The notes: generated from the sequence alone by a model not told the origin. 64,000 nt of DNA from Torpedo marmorata (GCA_977017645.1 OZ360236.1:18600001-18664000), one strand, 5' to 3'. Counted from the first letter of the stretch, positions 1 to 13,039 are shown. Program-made: numbers and translations.

Positions 1-29
1 TTTTGTAATTTAATGCTTCCATTTAAACT

Positions 30-330
30 ACCTACAATGATGCCTATTTTTGTTCATCAGAAACCTTGGAAATTTGGGCCACTATCCCATTATCAAGGTA
101 AATTATAAATACACCAAATAGTTGAGGCCCCAACCCAAATCCTTGTGTGGCCCCATTAATCACAACCTGTCAATTAGTATACCTGCCCATCATCCCTGCG
201 CTCTGTTTCCTGTTACTTAGCTAGTTTCCTGCCCAAACCAATAACTTTCCTTTAATTCCACGAACTCCATCTTTTGATGAGGAATTTTATCATTTGACTT
301 CTGGAAAACCAATTAAATAATATCCACAGA
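30..330 (-). mobile_element. Highly decayed CR1-type LINE RT fragment
   Basis: Reverse strand resembles a degenerate CR1 RT core (GVPQGSVLGP...NDL...KFADD region), similar to the better preserved CR1 at 9936-10110; no open frame. Confidence 0.5.
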
Positions 331-444
331 GCAGAGATGTGAATTCAACTTCTGAAAAGCATGCAAGATGGAAGGTCGTAGCACAATATATAATTGATAG
401 AATTATTTTGACATGTTTTTAAATGCATTTTTTTTTCTCTGCAG

Positions 445-481
445 ACCTCGGCTTAAAGACCAGTTGAAGACTTGCTTTTAA
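445..481 (+). CDS. Candidate terminal coding exon of a convergent neighbouring gene (PRLKDQLKTCF*)
   Basis: Strong acceptor (T-run, ctctgcag|A) followed by a short frame ending TAA at 479-481; AATAAA at 1410-1415. Peptide not recognised. Confidence 0.3.
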
Positions 482-589
482 CAGTGTTCCTGTCAGTTCT
501 CCTCTGGGACCAGTTATTTGCCTTTGAATTTGACTAGTAGAGGAATTACGAGAAGACGTCTTCTCCTGCTCTTGCAGATTATCATACAT

Positions 590-687
590 CAGTGGTTCTC
601 AACTTTTTTTTTGCCGTAGGTGCTCTGTGGTTAGTAAGGGATTACTTAAGGTGGTATGTGAGTGGAAGAAAAGGTTGAGAACCACTG
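590..687. mobile_element. hAT (Charlie-like) MITE, internally deleted copy of the palindromic family at 22258
   Basis: TIRs cagtggttctcaac/gttgagaaccactg; imperfect 8-bp TSD tcatacat/gcatagat; body matches the right arm of 22258-22409. Confidence 0.85.
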
Positions 688-2485
688 GCATAGATGATCA
701 GTATTGAAATTCAAGGTGTGGGGACTTGCAGGAGTGAATGTATCCTTTGCTGCTACACAGTTTTGCCATCTTATGGTTCAAAGAGTTGGAGGGAAGTATA
801 ACAAACAGATTATAAATTTGCTGCACAGACACAGGTTGATATCATCTAATTACTTGTTGGGAAAAATATCTACTTGTCAACAGTGGAGTGACTGTTAGAC
901 GCATATCTCTTAGCTTTTTAAGCTTCATAAAGAAGAAACTGCTGATCAGCAGCAGTTCAGCAGGTCAGACAGATTAGAGCGGAAATATTATCTGATCCTT
1001 TCTCCACAGATGCTGCCTGGCCTACTGAGTATTTCTGTTACTTTTTGTTTTCCTTGTGCCTTTGACCAACGAACTTATTTTTCAGTCCTTTGATAATTTT
1101 GCAACTATAAAAATGTGTACAGTTTTCACTCTGAACATAGTTTTTTGAAAGGACAATTTCTTTCAAAACATTATCTAAAATATTTAAAAGTATTAAAGTA
1201 ATCCCCACGTCCTTAACAATCTGCATAGATGATGATACTATTTATTAACAATCCTTATTTAATTCAAAACTTAGAGATAAACCATAGTAAAAGGCAGGAA
1301 CAACGTGTTATGGTGGATTTTGCAAACAGGATCCAGCTAATTGTTCAATCTTCACCATTACTAAAAACAACAGAACTTACAGAAGGTGCATTGCTCAGTA
1401 TTTAAGAGCAATAAATTACAGATTCATAGTACCATTAATTGGGTACAAAGTCCCAAGCTGCTTCACAGGAGAGTTGTTAAACAAAATTTGATATGGTGCA
1501 CATGCAGAGGCATTAGGATAGAAGACCACTAGCTTGGATGCAGGAAAAAGGTTTTCAGCAAAAGTTTTTAGCAGCAAGAAAGTAAAATGATGTTTAGGGA
1601 GCTTGGAAACTGAAGACAAGACTTCCAATGATAGACCGATTATAAAATTGAAGATGTTCAAGAAATGTAGAGAGTTCAGACGTTCCCTAAGGCTAGAGGG
1701 GATTACAGGGAAAGCAAGGGCACATTTGTGGGATCTTGGCCCATTTGATAAACTTGGCAAAATTGGCATTGTGTGGTTTGCTCTTTAAAGAGCACTGTGA
1801 TCTGGTGGAACCAAACACCCTCCCTTTGTAAACTTTCTCAAGTTTAATTCCAATTATTTCAAGGATGCTCATGATTTGAAAATACCTATTTGCATTGTGG
1901 ATGCTGATGGTAGAAAGTTGGCTGCTATCAAATGGAAGAAGCATATTTAACTTCACAGTCTCACAAAGCCCTTGAACACTTATGGCTGTGGCTATTTCAA
2001 CACAAGGATGGAGGTAGTGTGGTGAGTAATGCATTTCCTTATACCCTAATTGACATGATTAGGGAACTACTCCATTATGATTCTATCATCTGACCTTCTG
2101 GGTGGATTGTGCTCTTTTCTTGTCCATATTTCTGTGCCCTCTTGCCAGCAGTTGGCAAATGATACAAACTGCATGTATTAAAATTAAACGTTAAAGGCTC
2201 CAGGCGAATTTGGAGAAAACATTTGTGCAATACTAGCTTTGAGCTGCATTTGTTAAATACAAGAGAAAACTGCTTGATTGATAGATTGTTAACTTTATCT
2301 CAGGATATTTACAACCAGGAGTTTCTATCATATGTAGTGAATCTTGATGTACATGGCAATTATGAACAGTGATCTCTCTCTCTCCTGCTATTGGAAACAA
2401 GGTGGGGTTGTTTCACTTTGAAAACTGTTGTATGATCTGGTTGTATGGACTAGTTTCAAAAGTCCTTGAAAATTTCAAATCCTTG

Positions 2486-2491
2486 TTTATT
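2486..2491 (-). terminator. Candidate EYA2 polyadenylation signal AATAAA
   Basis: tttatt on + is AATAAA on -, about 715 nt downstream of the EYA2 stop codon. Confidence 0.45.
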
Positions 2492-3205
2492 CAATGCCAT
2501 TTAACCACAAGATTCGTTGTCACAAAAGTACTATCTGCACGTATTGATCAACAAGGTGGTGGCATTAGGTAGTGTGTAGACACATGCACAGTCCACAGAA
2601 CACCTATCTTTAAGAAAAAAAAACACTCACGGGTTGCTATTTGCAGTTACTATTGAAAACAATTTGAGCAGTATCAGAGAAAGAGAGAAATATCGTAAGA
2701 TTACAAATTTACACAAAAAAGATTATTTGTCTTTTGATTGTCTTAGCAATAGCAGGTTTTTAAATAAGAACTTGTCTTCCATTGGGAGGGGCAGGTGTGC
2801 TTGCACAGAGCACAGTTCATGTTGGGGTAAAAGCAGGAGTTCATAAATAGCAAGAACCATTAAAAAAAAACAGTGATTGTACCATGCTGTTGATAACCAC
2901 AAGCCACTGTCTCCCCCATGGTGTCAAAGCAATGTCCCGATGACAAAGAAGGGTTCAGTTGACTTTGTCGTTAACATCATATCAGGTTTGTGTCTTTTCA
3001 ATGAAGGCGCATTTCCATAATGAAAACAGTGGTGCAGTGGTTTTAAATGAATTGATTTTTTTTTTTGAAGGTCAGGTCTCATTCTTAACTCTGAAGCCAT
3101 TTTCATTTTTCTGTTAAGACGAAGCAAACGCCAACTGCATCATCCACACATCTCATAGCTGGATCGGCGCCACAGTCAAGGAGCGAAGGTGCAGTCTGTC
3201 CTCTG

Positions 3206-3286
3206 CTACAAGTACTCAAGTTCAAGAGCATGCCGTAGGGCCTCAAGGTCTGCATGGCACGAGATCCTCCAGAACGGCATGTTGTT
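3206..3286 (-). CDS. EYA2: EYA2 terminal coding exon ([26 protein letters not shown])
   Basis: Acceptor tgcttattgcag|AAC; 81 nt ending TAG; the peptide matches the EYA2-specific C-terminus (human [26 protein letters not shown]). Confidence 0.97.
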   Translation of the reverse strand, partial: NNMPFWRISCHADLEALRHALELEYL

Positions 3287-3374
3287 CTGCAATAAGCACA
3301 GGAGATTTTGTTGAAAAGAAAGGACTCTGACTTCATTCTACAACAGGGTGGCCCATCAAAACATTTAATTTATA

Positions 3375-3705
3375 GAATCATTGAGATTCAACAAATGGAA
3401 GAAAGGCCCTTCAGCTCACTGAGTTTTCACCAACCATCAACCACCCCGTTACACCAGTCTAATGTTTTTCATTCACCCATTTTCTCATTAACTCTCAACA
3501 GATTCTACAACCTCACCTGCATAATAAGGGAAATTTAACACCAACCAATTAACCCACCAGCCCCCGCGTCTTTGGGATGCGGGAGGAAACTGGAGCACCA
3601 CGCCGTCTCAGGGAGATCGTGCAAACTCCACACGGACAGCACCTAAGGTCAGGATTGAACCCGGGTGTCTGACCTGTGAACCAGAGGCTCTAGCAACTGT
3701 GCCAA
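3375..3705 (-). mobile_element. Older HE1-like V-SINE
   Basis: Reverse strand has B-box ggttcaatcct, V-domain ggagtttgcacg...tgctccagtttcctcccgcatcccaaagac and a CR1-like tail. Confidence 0.75.
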
Positions 3706-4391
3706 TCTGAACAAAATCCAGAACAAACCCAGCCTTGGAACCAACTGATTCCTGCAAAGCTGAGTTGGCGGTGAAGGGGGGCGGGGGGGGGGGGGGTGGT
3801 GGGCAGTGACCACAGCACTGTGCTACCCAGCTGCCACACATTCATGAACTAGGCAATAATTCAAGGTGAGAACTGGGACCAGGACTTTCATGGGGAAGAT
3901 ACCTGGCGTTGGGGTGGAGTAGAACGTGTTTGAACATGCCATTGACAGGCGAGGCTTGATAGTTATGGCGACATGGGGGTGCTGTAGTTGGGAGGGTGAT
4001 GGTGAATGACCATGGGGATATTGGTGGAGGGTTGGAGGGTGGTATGGTGGGCCAACACAGTGGAATGTCATTGATAGTCAGGCGATAGATCAGTATTTGG
4101 AGCTTAATACTCAGGTGGGCTTGACTGTTTGTGAGGCAGACTTGTGGCCGGAGATGAGACACTGTTCAGGGACATTTGAGTTGGGTCAGTAGATTGGTGG
4201 GTGACATGTGTGGGTCCAGGCTTTCAGGTAATTACCAAATGTGCAGGTTGAGACCTGAGGGGAAACCGGGTGAGAGTGACTTACTAGAAGGAGCTCTGCC
4301 TGATGTGTGTTTCCAGCATTAGAATGGGTCCAACGAAGACAGATCCTCTTTAAGTTATGATGAAGCAGACTTGCAGGTGTTGCTGGAGACA

Positions 4392-4640
4392 CACAGGAGA
4401 CTGCTGATGCTGAAAGCTGAGGTCAAACACAGCCAACAGGAGGAACAGCCAGTCAAGCAGCATCAGTGGGAGAAAAAGAATGGTCGATGTACAAGCTCAA
4501 TACAATGCTTCTGTAGTAATTTTCTTCAGTCTTGATGAAGAGTTTTGGCTCAAAACGTCAACCATTCTTTTTCTCCCACTGATACTGCTCGGCCTGCTGA
4601 GTTCCTCCAGCAAATTGTGTTTGGGCGCAAGTGTTGCTTC
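4392..4640. mobile_element. Decayed inverted pair of Penelope-type terminal repeats
   Basis: cagcatcagtgggagaaaaagaatggtcgatgt is mirrored by acgtcaaccattctttttctcccactgatactgct; ttgatgaagag...caaaacgtc is a hammerhead-like remnant. Confidence 0.7.
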
Positions 4641-5129
4641 TGGTTGAGAGACCCAGGGAATGAAAGTTACAGAATTGGCACAGGGCACCGCTGCACTTGA
4701 TTGGCAGCTCCCTGTGCTGGCACATCAGGCACAGGAAGGACCCAGAAGGAAAATAGGGAACTTTGCAATCCAAGCAGTAACTCAATTTTCCATTTCCTGT
4801 TGCTTTTCTTTCAAATCAAATCAATTGGCATTGCAAAAAAAAAAAAGAGACTGCTCAACATGAGTGAGATTCTCCAGATCAGCAGCACTGCACCCTCAAG
4901 TTAAAGCAGTTTGGAAAGGGGTCATAGAGTTTGTTATGGGGAAGAAAGTGAATGCAAATCTATTATTATTTTAGTGAAATGTTTTTGTTCGTATTGCAAT
5001 CAGTAATGACATGGTGTGCGTCCAGATCAAATTTACTATAAGTCAGCTGCAGTGGGAAGTTCATTCCCTTGAAAAAGATACAATGTCAATAGAACTCCAA
5101 GCAGCAGTGAATTTGGAATTTACGGAGGA

Positions 5130-5650
5130 CCATAACAATATAATAAGTGGGAACAGAAGTAGGCCATCTGGTGTGTTGAGCCTGCTCCACCATTCAATAA
5201 GATCATGGGCTGATCTGGCCATGGACTTGGTTCTGCTGACTTGTCCTTTCCCCTTAACCCTTTATTTCTCAACTATGCAAAAATCTATATCTCTGTGTCT
5301 TTTCTTTCTTTTTAAAATATTTTTATTGAGTTTAACATATGTATCATACATACATAGTCTTTAATAAAACAAATAACAGGTCATATCATGTACATGTAAA
5401 TATTAAATAATAGAACTACATTAGACTATTCATCAATCTAAACAAAGGGTAAATTCTGCCTAATTTATTGAAATGAACAATGACAATCATATTTAAACCC
5501 ATATTTAACCAATTAATCAGAAAAAAAGATAAAAAGAAAAAAAATGAGGCACTCTGCTACTTTATTGGGCAGAGAATTCCCCACTCTCTGGGAGATCCAG
5601 CTCCTCCTCATCTTTGTCTTACATCTACATCCCTGCATCTTTAGGCTCTG
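5130..5650 (-). mobile_element. CR1 3' end interrupted by an AT-rich insertion (about 5301-5545, possible L1/Tx1-like tail)
   Basis: CR1 tail motif gaagtaggccat...cctgctccaccattcaataagatcatgg resumes at ~5546; the insert has a minus-strand AATAAA and an A-rich end. Confidence 0.55.
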
Positions 5651-5651
5651 T

Positions 5652-5865
5652 AGGTAAACAGGAAAGTGTGCAGACACTGGGGTTGAGAGCAATACACAAA
5701 AGTGCTGGAGAAACTCAGCAGGCCACGCAGTATCTATAGGAAGGTAACCAAGCCTGAGCCCTTCATCAAGGTATGAGCAAAAAACAGGCAGGTGCCTAAA
5801 TAGAAAGGTTGGGGAAAGCTGGGGGGGGGGGGTGGGGGGTGGGTGGGTGGGAAGGAGAGGAGAGG
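5652..5865 (-). mobile_element. Penelope-like element 3' terminal fragment
   Basis: gtgctggagaaactcagcagg...gagcccttcatcaaggtatgag matches the terminal repeat of the PLE at 7708-9240. Confidence 0.8.
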
Positions 5866-6661
5866 ACCCTTAGTTTGAGTAGTGTGAGAAGCTAAAAGCA
5901 CTGAGGATTGAAAATCATTTTTAGAATCTGAATCTTGATGTTGAAATTGGTTTGAATATGTTTTTCCTATTTGTGCTTTACAATCTTCAAAACACTTCTT
6001 ACGGCTTATATTAATGCTCATACAGGGAATACAAGGGTAATTCTACAGAAACCTATTCCTGATATGGAACCATACAAGATAGAAGACTGGGTCCGCATAA
6101 TGGTGCTAAAGCCTTCATGCTGTGCTGCCATGCAGTGGATCCACATTGGGAATAAATTGTATGTTGTTATTCCATTCTATCAAAGCAGTGTCTGTTTGTG
6201 CTGGCGCTCTCCTCACCAAAGAGCTGAAATAAATATCTAAAAGTCACTGATCCAGCTTATTGGTGAACGTTGCTGATTTAGTAGAAATAATCATTTATCC
6301 AGCACATCCAAAACCAGCATGTGTTTCATAAACAGTGAAATGTGAGACTGAGCATGCAACAAATATCACAGCTTACTGCTTTCTCCAGGAAGACAAAACA
6401 AATGATAACTCAAAATAACCTCAGCCGAGTTTGAACTGTCACCTGAATTCAATGGAACACAAAAGCAACCTTTTAACCAATGTAAGCTATGAGCATCATT
6501 GCCCTGTACAGGCAACAGGACAGTCAGTCATGCGAGCTGGGATTGGCACATGTACTATTTTTGGAATTTTGAACTGGAACCTGGAATCTTGGAACTTGAT
6601 CAGGAGAGTGCATCAAAGGCCACGGTTGGTAGGTCAATCGGCCATTGTAAATTGCCCCCAT

Positions 6662-6990
6662 AGCTACACAGGGCCCAGTCCAAATCATCAGCAGCCCAAG
6701 CTCCAGATCCGAACCTCTGAATGGTTCCTGACCGTGTCGGAGGTTCGGATCTGGAGCTTGGGCTGCTGATGGTTTGGACTGTGTGGCTGCGCGGGCTGCG
6801 GAAGCGCTGGAGGCGAATCCACGGAACACTCGGTGACTCTGAGGGGACTCTCTTTTGCTTCTCTTTCTCTGACTGTAAGAGGTGCTTCAGGCAATTTCTG
6901 CCGATGGCGAATCTGTATGCCTTACAGCAGACGAAAACAAATTCCATGTATTGCACTGTCTTTATTACATGACAATAAATTGAATCTTGA
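6662..6990 (+). mobile_element. 5'-truncated copy of the GC-rich non-autonomous retroposon, with a 5' fold-back
   Basis: 6721-6990 matches the family 3' end (catgacaataaattgaatcttg); 6676-6720 is an inverted copy of 6737-6781. Confidence 0.85.
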
Positions 6991-7707
6991 AATTGCCTCT
7001 TGCGTAGGTGTGTGGTGGAATTGATAAGAATATGGGGGTGGGGCACATAGAGGTGTGAAACATTACAGGAAAAATTAGTGTGGGAGTGGGGTTGATCTGT
7101 TAACTGGCATAAACTCAATAGGCCAAGGAAGGAAATATGAGTTGCGATTATTCAGTTAGATTAATTTCATTTAAGTTTGCAGTTTTCTGATTATTGGAAG
7201 CGTGACATTTTAATTTTTATTAAAACCCAGTTTTTATTGAAACCTGACACTCCTATTTGATGCTGCTGGGTCCAGACTCCTGGCACAGTAGCTTGTTCCG
7301 GGTTTGGTCGTTTGACAAACACTCCCTGGGACTCAGGCCTGAGGGTTCATCAGTCAGATATTGTTTACCTGTTTCATGCCTCAAGCTTGCGACACAGTCA
7401 TTCAATTCTAGCTTTGATTTTTCTAGCACAGCTCCTACCCAGCCACAGGTCCAAAGTTAAAGCTATAGTGCGGAGCTAGTGTGAGAGTAATAGCTGTTGT
7501 GTGTACTCATTGGTTCCTTTCATTTCATTGAAACTAAATGTAGATGAGCAATGGCTCCGTAATTGTCTTGCATGTATATCACAAGATCACAAGATATAGG
7601 AACAGAAGTAGGCCCATTGGCTGATTGAATCTGCTCTGCCATTCTAATCTTGAGCTGATCCATCCTCCCACTCAGCCCCACTCCCCGCCCTTCTCCCCAT
7701 AACCCTT

Positions 7708-9240
7708 AAGAAGTAAAACATGAAAATCTGTAGACACCGTGGTTGAAGTAAAAAACACAAATGCTGGAGAAACTCAGCAGGTCAAACAGTGTCTTTTATG
7801 TAGCAAAGGTAGAAATACATAACCGACGTTTCTGGCTTGAGCCCTTCATCAAAGTATGAGAAAATGCCGGCAGGCGTCCAAACAAAAGAGTGAGGGGGGG
7901 AAAGGGGGGTGGCAAAGGCAGGAGGTGATAGGTGGAGAAAGGAGGGAGTGGACAGCAGCAAAGAGGGGGAGGAGGGATGGCTCGGTGGGTGGAAAAAAAC
8001 AGGATGGACAGGAGAGGGGGGAGGGGAAGAAAAAGACAAACAGGTTTAGTGGAAAGCAGAAAAGTCAATGTTAATGCCATCTGGCTGGAGAGTGCCCAGA
8101 CGGAAAATGAGATGTTGTTCCTCCAATTTGCGGGTAGTCTGGGTGGTATAGTACATAAGGCCATGGACAGACATGTGAGTGTGGGAGTGTGACTCGGAAT
8201 TGAAATGGCTGGCTACTGGGAGGTCGCTGTTGTTGCAGACGGAGAGGAGGTGCTCAGCAAAGCGATCTCCCAATCTATGACCGGTCTCTCCGATGTAGAG
8301 AAAGCCACAAAGGGAGCACCGGATGCAGTAAATAAGTTCAAGTGTAGTTTCACTTGAAAGGCCTGTTTTGGGCCCCGAACCGTGGTGAGGGGGGAGGTAT
8401 GGGCGCAGGTGTTGCACCTCCTGCGGGCACAGGGGAAGGTGCCGGGGGTGCGATGGGTGGGGAGGGATGAGTGCACGAGGGAATCGCGGAGGGAGCGGTC
8501 CCTGCGGAAGGCCGAGAGGGGAGGAGAAGGAAAAATATGTCTGGTGGTGGGATCCTGTAGTAAGTGCCGAAAATTCCGGCGGATAATGTGTTGGATGCGG
8601 AGGTTGGTGGGGTGATAGGTGAGGATGAGGGGGATTCTATGTTTGTTGCGTCTGGGGGCAGAGGGGGCCAGGGCAGATGAGCGGGAAATGGAGGAGATGC
8701 GCGTGAGGGCTGAGTTGATGGTGGTGGAGGGGAAGCCACGTTTGTGGAAGAAGGCAGACATTTCAGAAGATCTGGACTGGAAGACCTCATCTTGGGAACA
8801 GATGCGTCGGAGACGGAGAAATTGAGAGAAGGGGATGGAATCCTTGCAGGGGACAGGGTGTGAGGAAGTGTAGTCCAGGTAGTTGTGGGAGTTGGAGGGT
8901 TTGTAGTAAATGTCAGTGGAAAGCTTGTCTCCTGAGATGGAGACAGAGAGATCCAGGAAGGGGAGAGTGTTATCGGAGATGGACCAGGTGAGTTTAGATT
9001 GTGGTGGAAGTTGGATGTGAAGTGGATGAAGTTGACAAGCTCATCGCGGGTGCATGAGGCAGCCCCAATGTAGTCGTCGATATAACGGAGGAAGAGATGA
9101 GGGGGTCGATATAACGGAGGAAGAGATGAGGGGGTCGATATAACGGAGGAAGAGATGAGGGGGTCGATATAACAGAGGAAGAGATGAGGGTGTCGATATA
9201 ACGGAGGAATCACAGTGTCTTCAGATTTTCGTGTTTTACT
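7708..9240 (-). mobile_element. Penelope-like retroelement (Neptune-type), 5'-truncated: RT C-terminus, Cys linker, GIY-YIG endonuclease and terminal repeat
   Basis: FLRYIDD RT motif, CARRRCNTC linker, LIYCIRCSLCGFLYIGETGHRLGDRFAEH GIY-YIG domain; 14-bp TSD tccccataaccctt; short inverted terminal copy at 9211-9240. Confidence 0.95.
9076..9209. repeat. 29-bp tandem repeat, about 4.6 copies
   Basis: gtcgatataacggaggaagagatgagggg starting at 9076, 9105, 9134, 9163 and 9192. Confidence 0.95.
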
Positions 9241-11225
9241 TCCCCATAACCCTTGATGCCCTGACTAATCAAATACCTGTCAATCTCTGTCTTAAATACA
9301 CCCAACGACCTCGCTTCCACAGCCGCCTGCGGCAACAAGTTCCACAGACTCATGATCCTCTGACTAAAGAAATTTTTCCGTATCTGTGTTTTAAATTGAC
9401 ACCCTCTTGTCCTAGAATCCCCTACCATGGGAAACATCCTTGCCATATCTATTCTATCCAGGCCTTTCAGCATTCGAAATGCCTCTATGAGGTCCCCCCT
9501 CATCCTTCTACACTCCAACGAGTACAGTCCAAGAGCCGACAATCATTCGTCATATGCTAACCCTTTCATTCCTGGTTTCATTCTAGTAAATCTTCTCTGA
9601 ACCCTCTCCAATGCCAGCACGTCTTTTCTCAAATAAGGCGCCCAAAACTGTACACAGTACTCCAAGTGAGGTCTCACCAGTGCTTTATAGAATCTTAACA
9701 TTACATCCCTGCTCTTATATGCTATTCCTCTAGAAATGAATGCCAACATTGCATTTGCCTTCTTCACCACCGACTCAACCAGTAGGTTAACCTGCACGAG
9801 GACTCCCAAATCCCTTTACACCTCGGAATTTTGAATTTTCTCCCCATCTAAATAATAGTTTGCCCGTCTATTTCTTCTACCAAAGTGCATGACCATACAC
9901 TTTCCAACATTGTATTTTATCTGCCACCTCTTGGCCTATTCTCCTAAACTATACACGTCTCTTTGCAGCCTTTTGGTATCCTCAGCACCACCCACCCAAC
10001 TACCTATTTTGGTATCATCTGCAAATTTAGCCACAAAGCCATCTATTCCATAATCCAAATCATTTATATACAATGTAAAAAGAAGTAGCCCCAATATATC
10101 CTTGGTGACCAAAGCCAAATTTTATCCCAAACCATTTTTCAGAAAATGTTGCATTTTGTTCGGCTTAATCTGGTAAGAGTAATAGATCGCATAAATTTTA
10201 ATCTGTACTCTTCATGCACAAGTGGGTAGTGAACATCTGATGGAATGTTTCTTTTACTGAAGCATTCTTAATATAGAACTGGCAGGCAATGCCTTCATTG
10301 ATGGAGTGGTCATTGCCATGGTTCTCTTTTTCCCTCAGGCAGTTAAAAATAAACAAAATGTGAAGCACTTTGATTATCTAGAACGCAGCATTAATGAGCA
10401 GCTTTTGATTATTTTGTAAATGTTTTATGTTTTGGTATTTTTATGGCACTAATCCTTTACTTTGAAAAAATGCTTAAGGTTTGTTAAAATAGGAATCCAA
10501 GTAAGTCTGATACCATCTGAACTGTCGATACAACAGTTATTTGCAGTGAAAGTCTCTTCGTGCTATTATGCATAGCTCAGGTGCGTGGCTGAGTCAGTTA
10601 TTCTCATCAATCAACCAGGAGACAGGCATGCTGGCTACTCTTCACGCAATGCGTTCGCTGCACAAACACACCATTCACATCGGGACGCATCAGTAAGAGG
10701 CCACTTCAAGCCTTTTCTTCAAACAGCCACTGAAGCTTACTAGAAAGAAATATCCTGGTAAAGACTTTGTTTGCTCAGTTGCTTCAGGTGCTGACCTTGT
10801 GGGGGAAATGGTGTCTTCTTTGATGTTTCGGGTATATCCGCTGTACCTTCGTACAATTAATTAGTTACTGGGATATTGCTATTCATTTAGTGGAAGCCCC
10901 ATTATCTGTCATCATAGATGTAGCCCAGGGTGGACAGTGGAAACTGCTGCATAATACAGCACTGGATTTTGATGTCACAATATCCTCGCCATAGGAATAA
11001 AGCAAGTGCAATATGGATGATGTTAAATTCATTTTTTCTTTGATTGAGTTTGAATTATGTCAGATGGGGAGAAGAACCTGTTCTGGAATAATTGAGGTGG
11101 TGAATAATTTGAGCACATTTGCATCCATATGTCATTTGTGAGAAACAATTTGACTCTGAATCTGGTTCTGTACAGGAAGTTTGCAATACCAATCCTACAA
11201 CAGTTCAGTAAAACTGATTCACAAC

Positions 11226-11480
11226 CACAGTTAGCATAGCGGTTAGTGCAACGCTATTACAGCGCCAGCAACCTGGGCTCGAATCCGGCGCTGTCTGTAA
11301 GGAGTTTGTATGTTCTCCCCGTGTCTGTGTGTGTTTCCTCCAGGTGCTCCGGTTTCCTCCCACCTTTCAAAACGCAGGGGTTTGTAGGTTAATTTGGGTG
11401 AAATTGGGCAGCACGGGTTTAAAAGGCCGGAATCAGCTTCTACCGTGCTGTAAATAAAATTTAAAATTTTAAATTTAAAA
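11226..11480 (+). mobile_element. tRNA-derived V-SINE (young family)
   Basis: A-box tagcggttag, B-box ggctcgaatcc, V-domain ggagtttgtatgttctccccgtgtctg, tail accgtgctgta followed by (aaattt)n. Confidence 0.9.
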
Positions 11481-12358
11481 CAACAATAGAGTACATGAGA
11501 ATATTGTTTACAAAAGTAATGGAATTTACATTTAGATTTTTTGGATGGTATCAGCATGAAGGAGATAAAAGGCTTCATTTTATCTTTTTGGGAAACCAAG
11601 TCTCCATTGCAGGACAGTGGTGAGGCTGAAAAGAATGATACACAGGGAACGTAGGGAAGGATCAATGAGGTGATCTAAAGTTTAAAGAAAGACCAGCAAT
11701 GGAATCATGGAAGGTATGAGATGAATACTGAAATCTAACCCTCTTCATTTTCACTAGTGTGTCCACAGAAGCCTTTCGATGTCTCAACTTGGAGGCTCAA
11801 ACTATTACCAGGAGCAGCTATTGTTTACGGGTAGGAAGGACCTGTTTGGATGTTGAGAAGAGGAGCAGACAAGGTGTGAGTACTTTGTAGGGGCCCATAA
11901 ACCTGCATCATCATGATTGGCCTGGAGTGGGCTATTTAGTAATCAATGATGAGCACTACCTGCTGCAGCTAGTCTGGTAAGAACCAGTCCATCTGCTGCT
12001 GGAGTCCTAAAAGAGTTGCAGGATCCTGGCCTGTACGTTCAAACCATGCACTTGTCAGTTGTGGAAGAAACTGCTAAAAGCCCAATTTAAAAAGTCCAAA
12101 CTACCTCGAGTCTAATTTTCCATCAGCCTGCAAGAAAAAGTCTTCCCCAAAATAGAACAGAAACAAGCACTGCAAGAATTTTCATTTCCCAGTTGAGGGT
12201 GAATGAGTTTTCATTCAAAAATGCAACAAACATTAGGAATGTGGAGACCACACTCAATCTCACAAATCATTTAGTTTCAGGGGAAATAATTATACTGGTT
12301 GGTAACTAACAGATTTATTTCATTTGGAATGTGATGCAGTTCAATGTTGGAGACATAC

Positions 12359-12459
12359 CTTTTTTGCTGCTTGTTCTTCTTCAACACCATCCCCCACCAC
12401 AATGTAGACTGCTTTCCTTCCAAACCTTTGAACTATTCTTTCAAAACAGCTTTCCTTTC
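12359..12459 (-). CDS. EYA2: EYA2 exon ([34 protein letters not shown])
   Basis: tttattttcag|GA...AAG|gtatgt; 101 nt; carries the GDGxEE HAD motif. Confidence 0.97.
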
Positions 12460-12826
12460 CTGAAAATAAACAATAACATTATTGTTCCTCCAATCTCAAT
12501 GAAGAGCAGCAATCGATGAAGTATCTGATGAAGTCCTCACTGCAGCTGAGTTGAGTCTTCACAATGGCATTAGGCATGATCACAGTACAACCAAGCAGTA
12601 CTGACACTCTCTTGTTCTTGGGCTAATACGTTGACTAATCATTTAATTCAACATAGCTTGCTTTAATTGTTTGTAGTTCAAGCATGGTTATCTATTAATG
12701 TCACTCATTGCAGTTCTAAAGTCAACAATGAGCAAATCCAGTGTTTGCTGAATTCAAGTGCTGCTTTTGTCTGGGCATTACTTTCACACATGATGTAATC
12801 CTGAGCCAATTATTAAGTATAATTTA

Positions 12827-13039
<213 letters not shown>

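Larger units (their letters stand above)
7580..10110 (-). mobile_element. CR1 LINE 3' part (RT C-terminus and tail), split by a Penelope insertion
   Basis: Frameshifted ORFs LLLFTLYINDLD..KFADDTK, KKANAMLAFISRG..LVRPHLEYCVQFWAP, LYSLECRRMRGDLIE; tail cacaagatcacaagat; continuous across the TSD at 7694-7707/9241-9254. Confidence 0.95.

Noticed and set aside
3870-4392. Strand-skewed tracts here and at 27650-28200 as possible Harbinger remnants (DEADLQVLLE-like peptide)
   Set aside because: Too degenerate; no TIRs or extended similarity visible.
7239-7247. SIX/MEF3 site TCAGGTTTC suggesting Six-Eya feedback
   Set aside because: One 9-mer is expected roughly by chance in 64 kb on two strands.
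9076-9209. CRISPR-like array (also considered for the 36520 and 59172 repeats)
   Set aside because: Head-to-tail repeats without unique spacers, in a vertebrate intron with no cas genes.
8046-9213. Active or domesticated Penelope gene
   Set aside because: 5'-truncated at the RT motif and broken by frameshifts.
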